A DNA stretch of 64,000 nucleotides from an uncultured Actinomycetes bacterium (GCA_963704725.1 OY969934.1:1280001-1344000); one strand, 5' to 3'; shown: positions 29,806 to 39,745, numbered from the stretch's first letter. The notes: generated from the sequence alone by a model not told the origin. Translations and numbers: made by a program.

Positions 29806-29841
29806 GGACCGAATCTTCTACCACGGTCGCCGGAGAGGCGG

Positions 29842-29880
29842 TTGACGTTTCCATGCATTGTTTGCATAAATACTCGGCAT
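29842..29880 (+). promoter_or_regulatory. arg operon promoter with ARG-box-like ArgR site
   Basis: The most conspicuous AT-rich patch in the window: TTGACG followed by ATGCATTGTTTGCATAAATACT, matching the TGCAT/TGAAT-AAA-TAT ARG consensus, directly before the argC GTG. Confidence 0.75.
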
Positions 29881-29881
29881 C

Positions 29882-30928
29882 GTGCCGGATCCGGTCGTCC
29901 GCGTGGGGGTCCTCGGCGCCTCGGGGTTCACCGGGGGCGAGCTGATCCGGCTGCTCGTCGCCCACCCACGGGTCGAGGTGGCCTTCCTCGGAGGCCGCGA
30001 GAGTGCCGGGCGCACCCTGGCCGAGATCCACCCCTTCCTCGCCGGGGTCCCCTCCGCCACCGAGCGTGTCCGCCCGGTCGAGGAGGCGGGCGACCTGGAC
30101 GTCGCGTTCCTTGCCCTCCCACGGGGCGAGAGCGCGGCGGTCGCCCCCGACCTCCTGGACCGGGGTGCCCGCGTGATCGACCTCGGCGGCGACTTCCGCC
30201 TCCCGGCCCCCGAGTATCCGGCGTGGTACGGCTTCGAGCACCCCGCGCCCGCTTGGCTGGGCAAGGCCGTGTACGGGCTGCCGGAGCGCTTCCGCGACCG
30301 GATCCGCCCCGCGCACCTGGTGGCGAACCCGGGGTGCTTCCCCACGCCGGTCGTCCTGGGGCTCGCGCCGCTGCTCGAGGCCGGCCTCCTCGAGCCCGGG
30401 CCGGTCGTCGTCGACGGCAAGACGGGACTGTCCGGCGCCGGGCGGACCGGCGCCGATGCCGCGAGCCACGCTGCCACGGAGGAGAGCGTTCGGCCCTACC
30501 GGTTCCCGGCCCATCAGCACACGCCGGAGATGGAGCTGGCGCTCGCGGACGCCTCGGGGGTGCGCGTTCCCGTGTCCTTCGTGCCGCATCTGGTTCCGGC
30601 CGTGCGCGGGGTGCTCGTGACGTGTTCGGCTCGAGCCGCCGCCGGCGTCACCACGGAGGACCTCGTGGGGGCCCTGTCCGCCGCGTACGCCGGCGAACCC
30701 TTCGTTCGGGTGCTCGAGCCCGGCGCGATGGCGGACACGAAGCGCGTGCGGGGGTCCAACGTCGTCGAGCTGCAGGCCGCCGTCGACGGCCGGACCGGCA
30801 CCGCGATCGTGATCGGGGCGATCGACAACCTGATGAAGGGCGCCGCCGGGCAGGCGGTGCAGAACCTCAACCTCCTGATCGGCTGCGACGAGTCAACCGC
30901 GCTGCCGTCGGTGGGGGTGTACCCGTGA
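29882..30928 (+). CDS. argC: N-acetyl-gamma-glutamyl-phosphate reductase
   Basis: GASGFTG, DLGGDFRL, YGLPE, ANPGCFPT, SGAGR, HQHTPEM, IDNLMKGAAGQAVQN. Confidence 0.96.
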   Translation: MPDPVVRVGVLGASGFTGGELIRLLVAHPRVEVAFLGGRESAGRTLAEIHPFLAGVPSATERVRPVEEAGDLDVAFLALPRGESAAVAPDLLDRGARVIDLGGDFRLPAPEYPAWYGFEHPAPAWLGKAVYGLPERFRDRIRPAHLVANPGCFPTPVVLGLAPLLEAGLLEPGPVVVDGKTGLSGAGRTGADAASHAATEESVRPYRFPAHQHTPEMELALADASGVRVPVSFVPHLVPAVRGVLVTCSARAAAGVTTEDLVGALSAAYAGEPFVRVLEPGAMADTKRVRGSNVVELQAAVDGRTGTAIVIGAIDNLMKGAAGQAVQNLNLLIGCDESTALPSVGVYP

Positions 30929-32106
30929 GCGTGACGTTCCCCCGTGGGTTCCGGGCCGCCGGCGTGACGGCGGGGATGAAGCCCTCGGGCCGGGCCGACC
31001 TCGGGCTGCTCGTCGCCGACGAGGCGTGGAGCGCCGCCGGCCTGTTCACGACGAATGCGTTCGCCGCGGCCCCGGTCGTGCTGTCGAAGCTCCGGTTGGC
31101 CGAGGACGTGTCGAGGGCCGTGCTGGTGAACAGCGGGCAGGCCAACGCCGGCACCGGCGCCCGGGGCGATCGCGACGCCGAGACCACGACCGGGGCCGTG
31201 GCCAGCGCCCTGAACCTCGATCCCTCGGCGGTGATCGCCTGCTCGACCGGTGTGATCGGCGAGCCGCTGCACGTCGAGGAGCTCGTGGCGGCGGTGCCGT
31301 CGCTCGTGGGGGCGCTGTCGACCGAGGGCGGCGAAGCGTTCGCCGAGGCCATCCTCACGACGGATACCGTGACCAAGCAGGCCGCGGCGGAGCGCGGCCC
31401 CTACCGCGCCGGCGGCTGCGCCAAGGGCGTCGGGATGATCGCGCCCGATCTCGCCCTGGCCACGATGCTCGCGTTCCTCACGACCGACGCGCCGGTGCCA
31501 AAGGCGGAGATCGGACGCCTGGCGACGGAGGTGCTCGAGCCGAGGTTCGAGTCGCTCACCGTCGACGGCTGCACGAGCACGAACGACACCGTCCTGCTGT
31601 TTGCGAGCGGCGCGGCGGGGGGCGACCCGGTGGTGCCCGGCACGCCGGCGTGGGACGCCCTGGCCGAGGCGCTCGACGAGGTGGCGTCGTCGCTGGTGCT
31701 CCAGCTCGCGAGCGACGGCGAGGGGGCCACCCACGTCCTCATCGTCGACGTCACCGGGGCCCGGACCGAGGCGCATGCGCGCGTGGTGGCGAAGGCGGTG
31801 GCGAACTCGTTGCTCGTCAAGACCGCGGTCTTCGGCGGCGATCCGAACCCGGGTCGAATCCTGCAGGCGGTCGGATCGTCCGGGGTGCCGTTCGACCCGC
31901 GGGACGTCGACGGGTCCATCGGCGGGATCCGGGTGATCGCGGGCGGAGCCATCGCCGGCGGCGGGATGGAGGCGGCGCGAGCGGCGCTCCAGGAGCACCA
32001 GGTGGCGATCGCCGTCTCGATCGGGGACGGGCCGGGCACGAGCCGCGCCCTGGGGGTCGACCTGTCGTACGACTACGTGAAGATCAACGCGGAGTACACG
32101 ACGTGA
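30925..32106 (+). CDS. argJ: Ornithine acetyltransferase / N-acetylglutamate synthase
   Basis: NSGQANAGTG, STGVIG, KGVGMIAP..ATML, TSTND, DGEGAT, DLSYDYVKINAEYTT. Confidence 0.95.
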   Translation: MSVTFPRGFRAAGVTAGMKPSGRADLGLLVADEAWSAAGLFTTNAFAAAPVVLSKLRLAEDVSRAVLVNSGQANAGTGARGDRDAETTTGAVASALNLDPSAVIACSTGVIGEPLHVEELVAAVPSLVGALSTEGGEAFAEAILTTDTVTKQAAAERGPYRAGGCAKGVGMIAPDLALATMLAFLTTDAPVPKAEIGRLATEVLEPRFESLTVDGCTSTNDTVLLFASGAAGGDPVVPGTPAWDALAEALDEVASSLVLQLASDGEGATHVLIVDVTGARTEAHARVVAKAVANSLLVKTAVFGGDPNPGRILQAVGSSGVPFDPRDVDGSIGGIRVIAGGAIAGGGMEAARAALQEHQVAIAVSIGDGPGTSRALGVDLSYDYVKINAEYTT

Positions 32107-33011
32107 CGCCGGCGCCGCTGCCGCCGCAGGTCCGGGCCGGCACCGTGGCCAAGGCCCGCACGCTGCTCGAGGCGCTGCCGTTCATGCAGGAGCACCGCGG
32201 GACCGTCGTCGTCATCAAGATCGGCGGTGCGGTGATGGAGCGGTCGCCGCTGTCACGCTCGTTCGCCGAGGACGTCTCGCTGCTGCAGCACGCCGGCATC
32301 CACCCGGTGATCGTCCACGGCGGCGGACCACAGCTCACCCAGGTCTCGGAGCGGCTGGGGCTCGAGACGAGCTTCGTCGACGGCGTCCGCGTGACCGATC
32401 GCGAGACGCTCGACGTCGCGACGATGGTGCTGGCCGGGAAGCTGAACACGGAGGTGGTCGGCCTGCTCGTCGCCGGCGGCGTGGCGTCGGTCGGCCTGTC
32501 GGGCGTGGACGGCGGGCTCGCGCTCGTGCGGCGCCAGGCCGAGCCGGATCTCGGCTTCGTCGGCGAGATCGTGCGGGTCGACGCGAACGTGGTGCGGACG
32601 CTGCTCTCGGCAGGGTTCGTGCCGGTCGTGGCGTCGATCGCCGCGGACGCAGACGGGCATCCGTACAACGTGAACGCCGACGTGATGGCGTCCGAGCTCG
32701 CGATCGGGCTGGGGGCGCGCAAGCTCGTCTACGTCAACGACGTGGCCGGGGTGATCGGCCCGGGGGGCGAGCTCCTGTCCGAGCTCTCCGTCGCCGAGGC
32801 CCGAGACCTCCTCGGACGGGACGGCGTCGTCGGGGGCGGGATGATCCCCAAGCTCGAGAGCGCGGTCCGGGCGCTGGAGGCCGGCGTCTCGCGCGTCCAC
32901 CTCCTCGACGGTCGGGTCGACCACGCCGTGGTCCTGGAGCTCTTCACGCCGGAGGGCATCGGGACCATGGTCACGCCGCCGGCGGAAGCGGCGCCCGGGG
33001 GATCGCCGTGA
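32103..33011 (+). CDS. argB: Acetylglutamate kinase
   Basis: LLEALP, VIKIGG, VHGGGPQ, RVTD, YNVNAD, GGMIPKL, ELFT..GIGT. Confidence 0.96.
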   Translation: MTPAPLPPQVRAGTVAKARTLLEALPFMQEHRGTVVVIKIGGAVMERSPLSRSFAEDVSLLQHAGIHPVIVHGGGPQLTQVSERLGLETSFVDGVRVTDRETLDVATMVLAGKLNTEVVGLLVAGGVASVGLSGVDGGLALVRRQAEPDLGFVGEIVRVDANVVRTLLSAGFVPVVASIAADADGHPYNVNADVMASELAIGLGARKLVYVNDVAGVIGPGGELLSELSVAEARDLLGRDGVVGGGMIPKLESAVRALEAGVSRVHLLDGRVDHAVVLELFTPEGIGTMVTPPAEAAPGGSP

Positions 33012-33502
33012 ACCGCAACGGCGGCGCGACGAAGCCCCGGCGCCAGCAGGCGATCCTGTCGCTCGTCGCCCGGGAGCGGCTCGGCAGCCAGGAGGAGATC
33101 CGGGCCCGCCTGCGGGCGCTCGGCCTCGACGCCACCCAGTCCACGATCAGCCGGGACGTCGAGGAGCTCGGGCTGGCGCGCGTGCACGATGCGCGAGGCC
33201 TCCGCTACGTCGTCCCCGGCCACGCGGACGTCTCGGCCCCGGCGGCGCAGCTGCGACACGCGCTCGAGGAGTTCGCGCTCTCGATCGCCGAGGGGGCCGG
33301 AGGCCTCCTCGTGATCCGCACGCCCGCCGGCGCGGCGAACGCCCTCGGCGAGGTGCTCGATCGCGCGGCGCTGCCGCAGATCGCCGGCACGATCGCGGGC
33401 GACGACACGATCCTCGTGGTGCCCGGCAAGAGGTCCAGTGGCCGCGCCGTTCAGGCGGCCCTGGCGCGGATCCGCGACGGGCACGACGAGGAGCACGCAT
33501 GA
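33008..33502 (+). CDS. argR: Arginine repressor
   Basis: SQEE, ATQSTISRD, IRTPAGAA, GTIAGDDT. Confidence 0.95.
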   Translation: MNRNGGATKPRRQQAILSLVARERLGSQEEIRARLRALGLDATQSTISRDVEELGLARVHDARGLRYVVPGHADVSAPAAQLRHALEEFALSIAEGAGGLLVIRTPAGAANALGEVLDRAALPQIAGTIAGDDTILVVPGKRSSGRAVQAALARIRDGHDEEHA

Positions 33503-33545
33503 GGGGGCCGTCGTGGGATGAGCCCCGAGCGAGAGGAGACGGAGC

Positions 33546-34736
33546 ATGAAGCGCGCGGCCCTGGCCTACTCGGGCGGTCTCGACACCTCGGTCACGATCC
33601 GGTGGCTCGCCGAGCGCGGCTACGAGGTGCACGCCGTCGCCGTCGACGTCGGCCAGCAGGAGGACTTCGAACGGATCCGCCGCCGCGGCGAGGCGGCCGG
33701 AGCGGCGTCGGTTCGGGTCGTGGACGCGGTGGATCGGTTCGCGCGGGAGTTCCTGACGCGGGCGATCCGGGCGAACGGCCTCTACGAGCACAAGTACCCC
33801 ATGGTCTCGGGACTGGCCCGTCCGCTCATCGTCGACGAGGTCGTGCGGGTCGCCCGCGAGGTCGGTGCCGGAACCGTCGCGCACGGCTGCACCGGCAAGG
33901 GCAACGACCAGGTCCGGTTCGAGGTCTCGTTCGGCGTGCTGGCGCCGGAGCTCGAGATCCTCGCGCCGGTGCGCGATCCGGGGATCCCGCGGGACAAGGC
34001 CGTGGCGCTGGCGGACGAGTGGGGCATCCCCATCGCCGACGTGGCGGCGGCGTACTCCGTCGACGAGAACCTGTGGGGGCGCACGGTGGAGTGCGGGCCG
34101 CTCGAGGACCCGTGGGCGGCGCCGCCGGAGGACGCGTTCGAGCGCACCGCCGCGCCGCCCGCCCGCCCGGCCGAGCCCACCGAGACCGGCGTGACGTTCG
34201 AGCGCGGCCTGCCCGTGGCGCTCGACGGCGCGCCCACTGCCCTCCCCGAGCTGATCCGTGCGCTCGATGCGCTCGGCGGCCGGTACGGGTTCGGGAGGGT
34301 CGACATGATCGAGAACCGCCGGGTCGGCATCAAGTCGCGCGAGCTCTACGAGGTGCCGGGGGCGCTCGCCCTGATCGCCGCGCACCAGGCCCTGGAGGAC
34401 CTCACGCTCGAGCGCGAGGTGGCGCACTTCAAGCCGGGCGTCGAGCAGCGGTGGGCCGACCTCGTGTACGACGGGCTGTGGTTCAGCCCGCTGCGCGAGG
34501 CGCTCGACGCGTTCGTCGAGGCGACGCAGGCCCACGTGAGCGGCGAGGTCCGGCTGGCGTTCTCGCCGGGGGCGTGCACGGTCGTCGGGCGGCGGTCGGA
34601 GGCCTCGCTCTACGACCTGTCGCTCGCCACCTACGGACACGACGACGCGTTCGACCAGCGCCACGCCGAGGGCTTCGTGAAGCTGTGGGGCCTGCCGCTC
34701 AAGGTGTGGTCGGCCAAGCAGGGCGGGGTCCGGTGA
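33546..34736 (+). CDS. argG: Argininosuccinate synthase
   Basis: LAYSGGLDTS, AHGCTGKGNDQVRFE, YSVDENLWGR, ENRRVGIKSRE. Confidence 0.97.
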   Translation: MKRAALAYSGGLDTSVTIRWLAERGYEVHAVAVDVGQQEDFERIRRRGEAAGAASVRVVDAVDRFAREFLTRAIRANGLYEHKYPMVSGLARPLIVDEVVRVAREVGAGTVAHGCTGKGNDQVRFEVSFGVLAPELEILAPVRDPGIPRDKAVALADEWGIPIADVAAAYSVDENLWGRTVECGPLEDPWAAPPEDAFERTAAPPARPAEPTETGVTFERGLPVALDGAPTALPELIRALDALGGRYGFGRVDMIENRRVGIKSRELYEVPGALALIAAHQALEDLTLEREVAHFKPGVEQRWADLVYDGLWFSPLREALDAFVEATQAHVSGEVRLAFSPGACTVVGRRSEASLYDLSLATYGHDDAFDQRHAEGFVKLWGLPLKVWSAKQGGVR

Positions 34737-36118
34737 CGGAGCGGGACGAGCCGGTCTGGTCGGGACGTTTCTCGAGACCGCCGGCGCCGGAGGCGATCGC
34801 GCTCGGGCGGAGCCTGTCGTTCGACGTCCGGCTCGCGCCGCACGACGTGGAGGCCTCGGTCGCGCACGTCCGCGCCCTGGAGCACGCGGGTGTGCTCGAG
34901 GGCGACGACGCCGCGCGGCTGGAGAAGGCGCTGCGGGAGGTGGGGGAGGAGATCGCGTCCGGGGGCTTCGCGTTCCACCCCGCCGACGAGGACGTCCATT
35001 CGGCGATCGAGCGCGGCGTCACGGCGCGGCTCGGCGACCTCGGCGCGAAGCTCCACGCCGGCAGGTCGCGCAACGACCTCGTCATGGCCGACCTCCGGCT
35101 GTGGCTGCTCGACGCGCATCGCCGGATCGAGGACGGTCTCGTTCGGCTCGTTCGGGCGCTCGTGTCCCACGCCGCCGACCACGCCGAGACCGTGATGCCC
35201 GGCACGACGCACGGTCGGCTCGCGCAGCCGGTGACGCTCGGCCACCATCTCCTGGCCCACGCGTGGGCGCTCCTCCGCGACCTGGACCGGTTCCACGGAT
35301 GGCGCGGCCGGGCGAGCGTCTCGCCGCTCGGGGCCGGTGCGCTCGCCACGTCGACCCTGAACCTCGACGCGACGCGGACGGCCGGGCTCCTCGGCTTCGA
35401 GGACCGCTTCGAGAACTCGATCGACGCCGTGAGCGACCGCGACGTCGTGCAGGAGTTCCTGGCGGACGCGTCGATCTGCGCCACGCACCTCTCGCGCCTC
35501 GGCGCCGACCTGGCGCGGTTCTCGGACGAGTCCCTGGGATGGGCGATCCTCGACGAGGCGTACTCGACCGGCTCGAGCATGATGCCCCAGAAGCGGAACC
35601 CCGACGTCGCCGAGCTGGCCAGGGCCAAGGCAGGCCGGGTGCTCGGCGACCTCGTGACGCTCTCGACGGTCCTGCACGGGCTGCCGCTCGGCTACCAGCG
35701 GGACCTGCAGGAGGACAAGGAGGCGGCGTTCGACGCCGCGGACACGCTCGAGACGACGCTCGCCGCGGTGGCCGGCTGCGTCGAGACGATCGCCTTCCGG
35801 CCCGACGCGATGCGGGAGGCCACCCGCGCGGGCGGGCTCTACGCCACCGACCTCGCGGAGGCGCTCGTGCGGACGGGCGTCCCGTTCCGCGAGGCGCATC
35901 GACGTGTGGGCGAGCTGCTCCGGCGGCTCGAGGCCGAGGGCCTCTCGCTCCTCGCCCTGTCTTCGGACGGCTGGGCCGCCCTCGGCCTCCCGGACGGCGC
36001 GGGTCTCCTGGACGCGGACCGCGCCGTCCGGGCCCGCGCGACCCCCGGCGGGCCCTCGCCCGACAGCGTGCGAGCCCAGATCCGGGCGCTCGAGCGCCGG
36101 CTCGCAGCCCGGCCGTGA
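34733..36118 (+). CDS. argH: Argininosuccinate lyase
   Basis: WSGRF, EDVH, HAGRSRND, GSSMMPQKRNPD, YQRDLQEDK, PFREAH. Confidence 0.96.
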   Translation: MTERDEPVWSGRFSRPPAPEAIALGRSLSFDVRLAPHDVEASVAHVRALEHAGVLEGDDAARLEKALREVGEEIASGGFAFHPADEDVHSAIERGVTARLGDLGAKLHAGRSRNDLVMADLRLWLLDAHRRIEDGLVRLVRALVSHAADHAETVMPGTTHGRLAQPVTLGHHLLAHAWALLRDLDRFHGWRGRASVSPLGAGALATSTLNLDATRTAGLLGFEDRFENSIDAVSDRDVVQEFLADASICATHLSRLGADLARFSDESLGWAILDEAYSTGSSMMPQKRNPDVAELARAKAGRVLGDLVTLSTVLHGLPLGYQRDLQEDKEAAFDAADTLETTLAAVAGCVETIAFRPDAMREATRAGGLYATDLAEALVRTGVPFREAHRRVGELLRRLEAEGLSLLALSSDGWAALGLPDGAGLLDADRAVRARATPGGPSPDSVRAQIRALERRLAARP

Positions 36119-36558
36119 CCGTCGAGATCCGCCCGGCGGACCTCGTCGAGGTCCGAGAGCTCCGCCACCTGTTGCTTCGCCCGCATCAGCGGCCTGAGGA
36201 GCTCGTCTACGAGGGGGACGACGCGCCCGAAGCACTTCACCTCGGTGCGTTCGAGGGCGAGCTGCTGGTCGGGATCGCGTCGATCACGAGGGAGCCGCCG
36301 CCCGGCGCCGGGGATCCGGCCGCGTGGCGTGTCCGAGGCATGGCCACCGTCCCCGAGCGCCGGGGCTGGGGGATCGGCGGCGAGCTGCTCGAGGCCTGCA
36401 TCGACCACGCCCGCTCCCACGGCGCCTCCATCGTGTGGTGCAACGGGCGCCTGCCGGCGAGATCGTTCTACGAGCTCCACGGGTTCGCGGTGGAGCGAGG
36501 GCCGTTCGAGGTCGCCGGCATCGGGCCGCACGTCGAGCTCCGCCGCCTCATTCGATAG
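36115..36558 (+). CDS. GNAT acetyltransferase coupled to argH
   Basis: WRVRGMATVPERRGWGIG, VWCNGR; GTGA overlap with argH. Confidence 0.85.
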   Translation: MTVEIRPADLVEVRELRHLLLRPHQRPEELVYEGDDAPEALHLGAFEGELLVGIASITREPPPGAGDPAAWRVRGMATVPERRGWGIGGELLEACIDHARSHGASIVWCNGRLPARSFYELHGFAVERGPFEVAGIGPHVELRRLIR

Positions 36559-36646
36559 CGTGCTCCGCGGAAGGGGCGCCCGATGCGTGGCCGAGCGTCG
36601 TGCGGCCCGAGCAGCGTGAGGTACTCGGCCCGCTCCGCGAATCCGC

Positions 36647-37030
36647 TCACGAGCGCGGATCAATCACCGGAGCCCGGAGCCGCCACAGGGCCGCCCGCGC
36701 GAGCACCATCACGCCAGCGACGATCGCCGCCCCGATCACGCCGGCCGCCGGCGCGATCCACCAGTGGTTCGCCGACAGGTCGAAGGTCCGGCCGGCCAGC
36801 ACCTCCGCCCGCCGGATGCCCCAGAGCACCGCTCGGACGGGGAGGAGGGCGAGCGTCCCGCCGAGGCTCTGGACGAACGGCCGGTCGACGCCGACGGGAA
36901 CGCCCTCCCACAGGATCGCGTAGCCGAGGAGGCCCCACGCGGCCCCCAGGCCGGTCGCCACGCCGGCCGTCGAGAGTCGCGGCGGGGTCTCGTCGCGCAG
37001 CCCGCGGGTCCCGGGTCCGGGCTCGTCCAT
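36647..37030 (-). CDS. Hypothetical membrane protein
   Basis: Two to three hydrophobic segments; fills the gap between convergent and divergent genes. Confidence 0.55.
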   Translation of the reverse strand: MDEPGPGTRGLRDETPPRLSTAGVATGLGAAWGLLGYAILWEGVPVGVDRPFVQSLGGTLALLPVRAVLWGIRRAEVLAGRTFDLSANHWWIAPAAGVIGAAIVAGVMVLARAALWRLRAPVIDPRS

Positions 37031-37080
37031 GGCAGGAGTGTCCGACATCGGTGTCCGGACCGTTCGGTACCCTTCCCGAG

Positions 37081-37776
37081 GTGGGGTTCGCCAGCGCGCT
37101 CGTGATCTTCGCCCATCCCGACGACGCCGAGTTCATGTGCGGCGGCACGGTGGCGGCCTGGGCGAAGGAGGGGACCGAGGTGCACTACTGCGTGGTCACC
37201 GACGGTTCGGCCGGCTCGAACGAGCCGGGGGTGACGCGCGAGCAGCTGATCCCCGTCCGCGAGCGGGAGCAACGCGCCGCCGCGGACGTCCTCGGCGTGG
37301 CGAGCGTGACCTTCCTCGGGTTCGTGGACGGGGAGCTCGAGGTGAACCTGGAGACCCGCCGGGCCGTCACCCGCGTCGTCCGCCGGGTCCGCCCCGAGGT
37401 CATCGTGGCGCCGGACCCGTCGCGGCTGTGGTCGGGCAGGGGCTACATCAACCACTGGGACCACAAGCAGGCCGGGACCCTGGCGCTCTGCGCCGTGATG
37501 CCGGATGCTCCGAGTCGCCCTCAGTTCCCCGAGTTGCTCGAGGAGGGCCTCGAACCCTTCGAGGTCCCGAACCTTTGGCTCTCGGTCGAAGAGCCCGATA
37601 CCTACGTGGACATCACCAAGACGATCGACCTCAAGCTCGAGGCCCTTCGGGCCCACGAGTCCCAGGGCGTGGACGACGCCGAGCCCTGGGTGCGGGAGCG
37701 GGCGAAGGAGCTCGGACAGCAGGCCGGCGCGGAGTACGCGGAGGGGTTCCACGCCTTCGCGTTCACGGAGGACTGA
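37081..37776 (+). CDS. PIG-L/LmbE-family deacetylase
   Basis: AHPDDAE, TDGSAG, R.REQ, NHWDH, YVDIT, HESQ; TACCCT -10 element 7 nt upstream. Confidence 0.92.
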   Translation: MGFASALVIFAHPDDAEFMCGGTVAAWAKEGTEVHYCVVTDGSAGSNEPGVTREQLIPVREREQRAAADVLGVASVTFLGFVDGELEVNLETRRAVTRVVRRVRPEVIVAPDPSRLWSGRGYINHWDHKQAGTLALCAVMPDAPSRPQFPELLEEGLEPFEVPNLWLSVEEPDTYVDITKTIDLKLEALRAHESQGVDDAEPWVRERAKELGQQAGAEYAEGFHAFAFTED

Positions 37777-38294
37777 TGGAGGACCCGACCGGCGGCGAGG
37801 AAGAGCAGGAGCCCCTCGGCCTCGAGCCCGAGGAGGAGGAGAACGTCCGCGCCGACCTCGACGACCTCGGCGGCATGCGCCAGGTCTTCGAGACGCAGGG
37901 GGTGAAGGGCGTCGTGATCGCCTGCCCCGACTGCGGCGAGAACCACTTCTACGAGTGGGAGCTGTTGAAGGAGAACCTCGAGCACATGCTCGACACCGGC
38001 GAGCCCCGCCTGCACGAGCCGGCCTACGAGGTCCGCGAGGACCAGTACATCCAGTGGGACTACGGCAAGGGCTACATCGACGCCCTCGCCGACACCGGGC
38101 TCGAGCCCGACAGCCAGATCCAGCTCACCCAGTGCGCGTGGTGCCACACGCCGCTCGAGCACCACTTCCAGTTCTGCCCCAAGTGCGGGCGCTCGCTCGG
38201 ACCGGTCCGCCTGTACCGCGAGCTCCTCCAGCGCGGCATCGACGAGCGCGAGGTGCGCGCCATGCTCGTCCGCGCCGGCTTCGAGCCCTTCTAG
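37776..38294 (+). CDS. DUF5319-like protein with additional C-terminal zinc ribbon
   Basis: ADLDDL, GVKGVVIACPDCGENHFYEWELL..NL, HEPAY, WDY.KGY, followed by CAWC...CPKC. Confidence 0.75.
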   Translation: MEDPTGGEEEQEPLGLEPEEEENVRADLDDLGGMRQVFETQGVKGVVIACPDCGENHFYEWELLKENLEHMLDTGEPRLHEPAYEVREDQYIQWDYGKGYIDALADTGLEPDSQIQLTQCAWCHTPLEHHFQFCPKCGRSLGPVRLYRELLQRGIDEREVRAMLVRAGFEPF

Positions 38295-38440
38295 CGGCTC
38301 GGCCCGACCATCCACGGGGCCGCATCGTCGAACGCCGGACCGGGCCGGACGGGCCGCCGTCGACGGGCCGCAGGGCCGTGGGCGCGCGCCGATCGACGCG
38401 GTGCACTGGGCTGGATCGACCCCGAGGGAAGGAGTGGCCG

Positions 38441-39745
38441 GTGAGCGTCCGCTTCCACGTCCTGCCGGTCGCGTCGCCGCTCCACGATCCGGCGGCCCTG
38501 GCGAGCATGACCGAACGGTTCTCCGAGGCATTGGGTGGCATCGGCGGGGTCCTCGGGGGCGAGGCCGATCTCGAGGGCCCGGAACCGGTCCTGTTCCTGG
38601 TGCTCACCGGGGGGACCGAGGGCAGGCTGATCGACCTGTGGCGCCGGCGCGCGGCCACGCCGCACGCGGAGCCCGTGCACCTGCTCGCTCACCCGGGCCA
38701 GAACTCCCTGCCGGCCGCGATGGAGGCGCTGGCCGGGCTCCGGCAGCTCGGCGCGAGGGGCAGGATCCTCCCGCTGCCGGCCGAACCGGACGCCGAATCG
38801 GTGGCCGCCGTCGATCGCGCCGTTCAGGACCTCGAGGTTCGCTCGTGGCTCCGTCGGGGTCGGCTCGGACTCGTCGGTGCGCCGTCCGACTGGCTGGTCG
38901 CGAGCTCGCCCTCAGCCGCGGTCGTTCGCGGAACCTGGGGGCTCGAGGTCGTCCCGGTGGACATCGCGTCCGTCGCCGGGCGGTACCGGGCGGGCGACCC
39001 GGTCGAGGCCGAGCCGCTCGCCGAGTCGGTCTCCAGCGGTGCCCTCGAGGCGCTCGAGCCCACGCCCGAGGAGGTCGCCGAGGCGTCGCGGCTCTACCCC
39101 GCGCTGGAGGGCGTCGTGCGCGAGGAGGGACTGGACGCCGTCACCGTGCGGTGCTTCGACCTGCTCGGGGAGCTGAAGACCTCGGGGTGTCTGGCCCTGT
39201 CCCAGCTGCTCGACGACGGCGTGGTTGCGGGGTGCGAGGGCGACCTCGCGTCGGCCGTGGCGATGATCTGGACCCAGCGACTCCTGCACGCCGTCCCCTG
39301 GATGGCGAACCCGGCCTGGATCGATGGGGACGGCGGCACGGTCGTGCTCGCCCACTGCACCGTGGCGCGATCGCTCGTCGGACGATATCGACTGCGGTCC
39401 CACTTCGAGTCCGGGATCGGCGTGGGCATCCAGGGCGAGCTGCCGGCGGGCGACGTCACCCTGGTCCGCGTCGGCGGGCTCGAGCTCGAGCGGCTGTGGG
39501 TGGCCGACGGGGAGGCGCTCCCCGCACCGGCCCGGGAGGGCCTGTGCCGGACCCAGCTCACCGTGCGCCTCGACGCGCCGAGACTCGCGGAGCTGCTCCG
39601 GGACCCGCTCGGGAACCACATCGTCGCGGTCGCGGGGCACCACGCGGATCGGCTGCGCGAGTGGTGGGAGCTCATGGTGCCGGTGAGCGCCGATCGTCAA
39701 GCTCCGCTCGAGCCGGCTCGTCTGCCCGTTCCGGCCGCGCGCTAA
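38441..39745 (+). CDS. L-fucose/L-arabinose isomerase-like protein
   Basis: TGGTE, NSLPAAME, PSDWL, TVRCFDL, GCEGD, MANP, AHCT, CRTQ, GNH. Confidence 0.7.
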   Translation: MSVRFHVLPVASPLHDPAALASMTERFSEALGGIGGVLGGEADLEGPEPVLFLVLTGGTEGRLIDLWRRRAATPHAEPVHLLAHPGQNSLPAAMEALAGLRQLGARGRILPLPAEPDAESVAAVDRAVQDLEVRSWLRRGRLGLVGAPSDWLVASSPSAAVVRGTWGLEVVPVDIASVAGRYRAGDPVEAEPLAESVSSGALEALEPTPEEVAEASRLYPALEGVVREEGLDAVTVRCFDLLGELKTSGCLALSQLLDDGVVAGCEGDLASAVAMIWTQRLLHAVPWMANPAWIDGDGGTVVLAHCTVARSLVGRYRLRSHFESGIGVGIQGELPAGDVTLVRVGGLELERLWVADGEALPAPAREGLCRTQLTVRLDAPRLAELLRDPLGNHIVAVAGHHADRLREWWELMVPVSADRQAPLEPARLPVPAAR

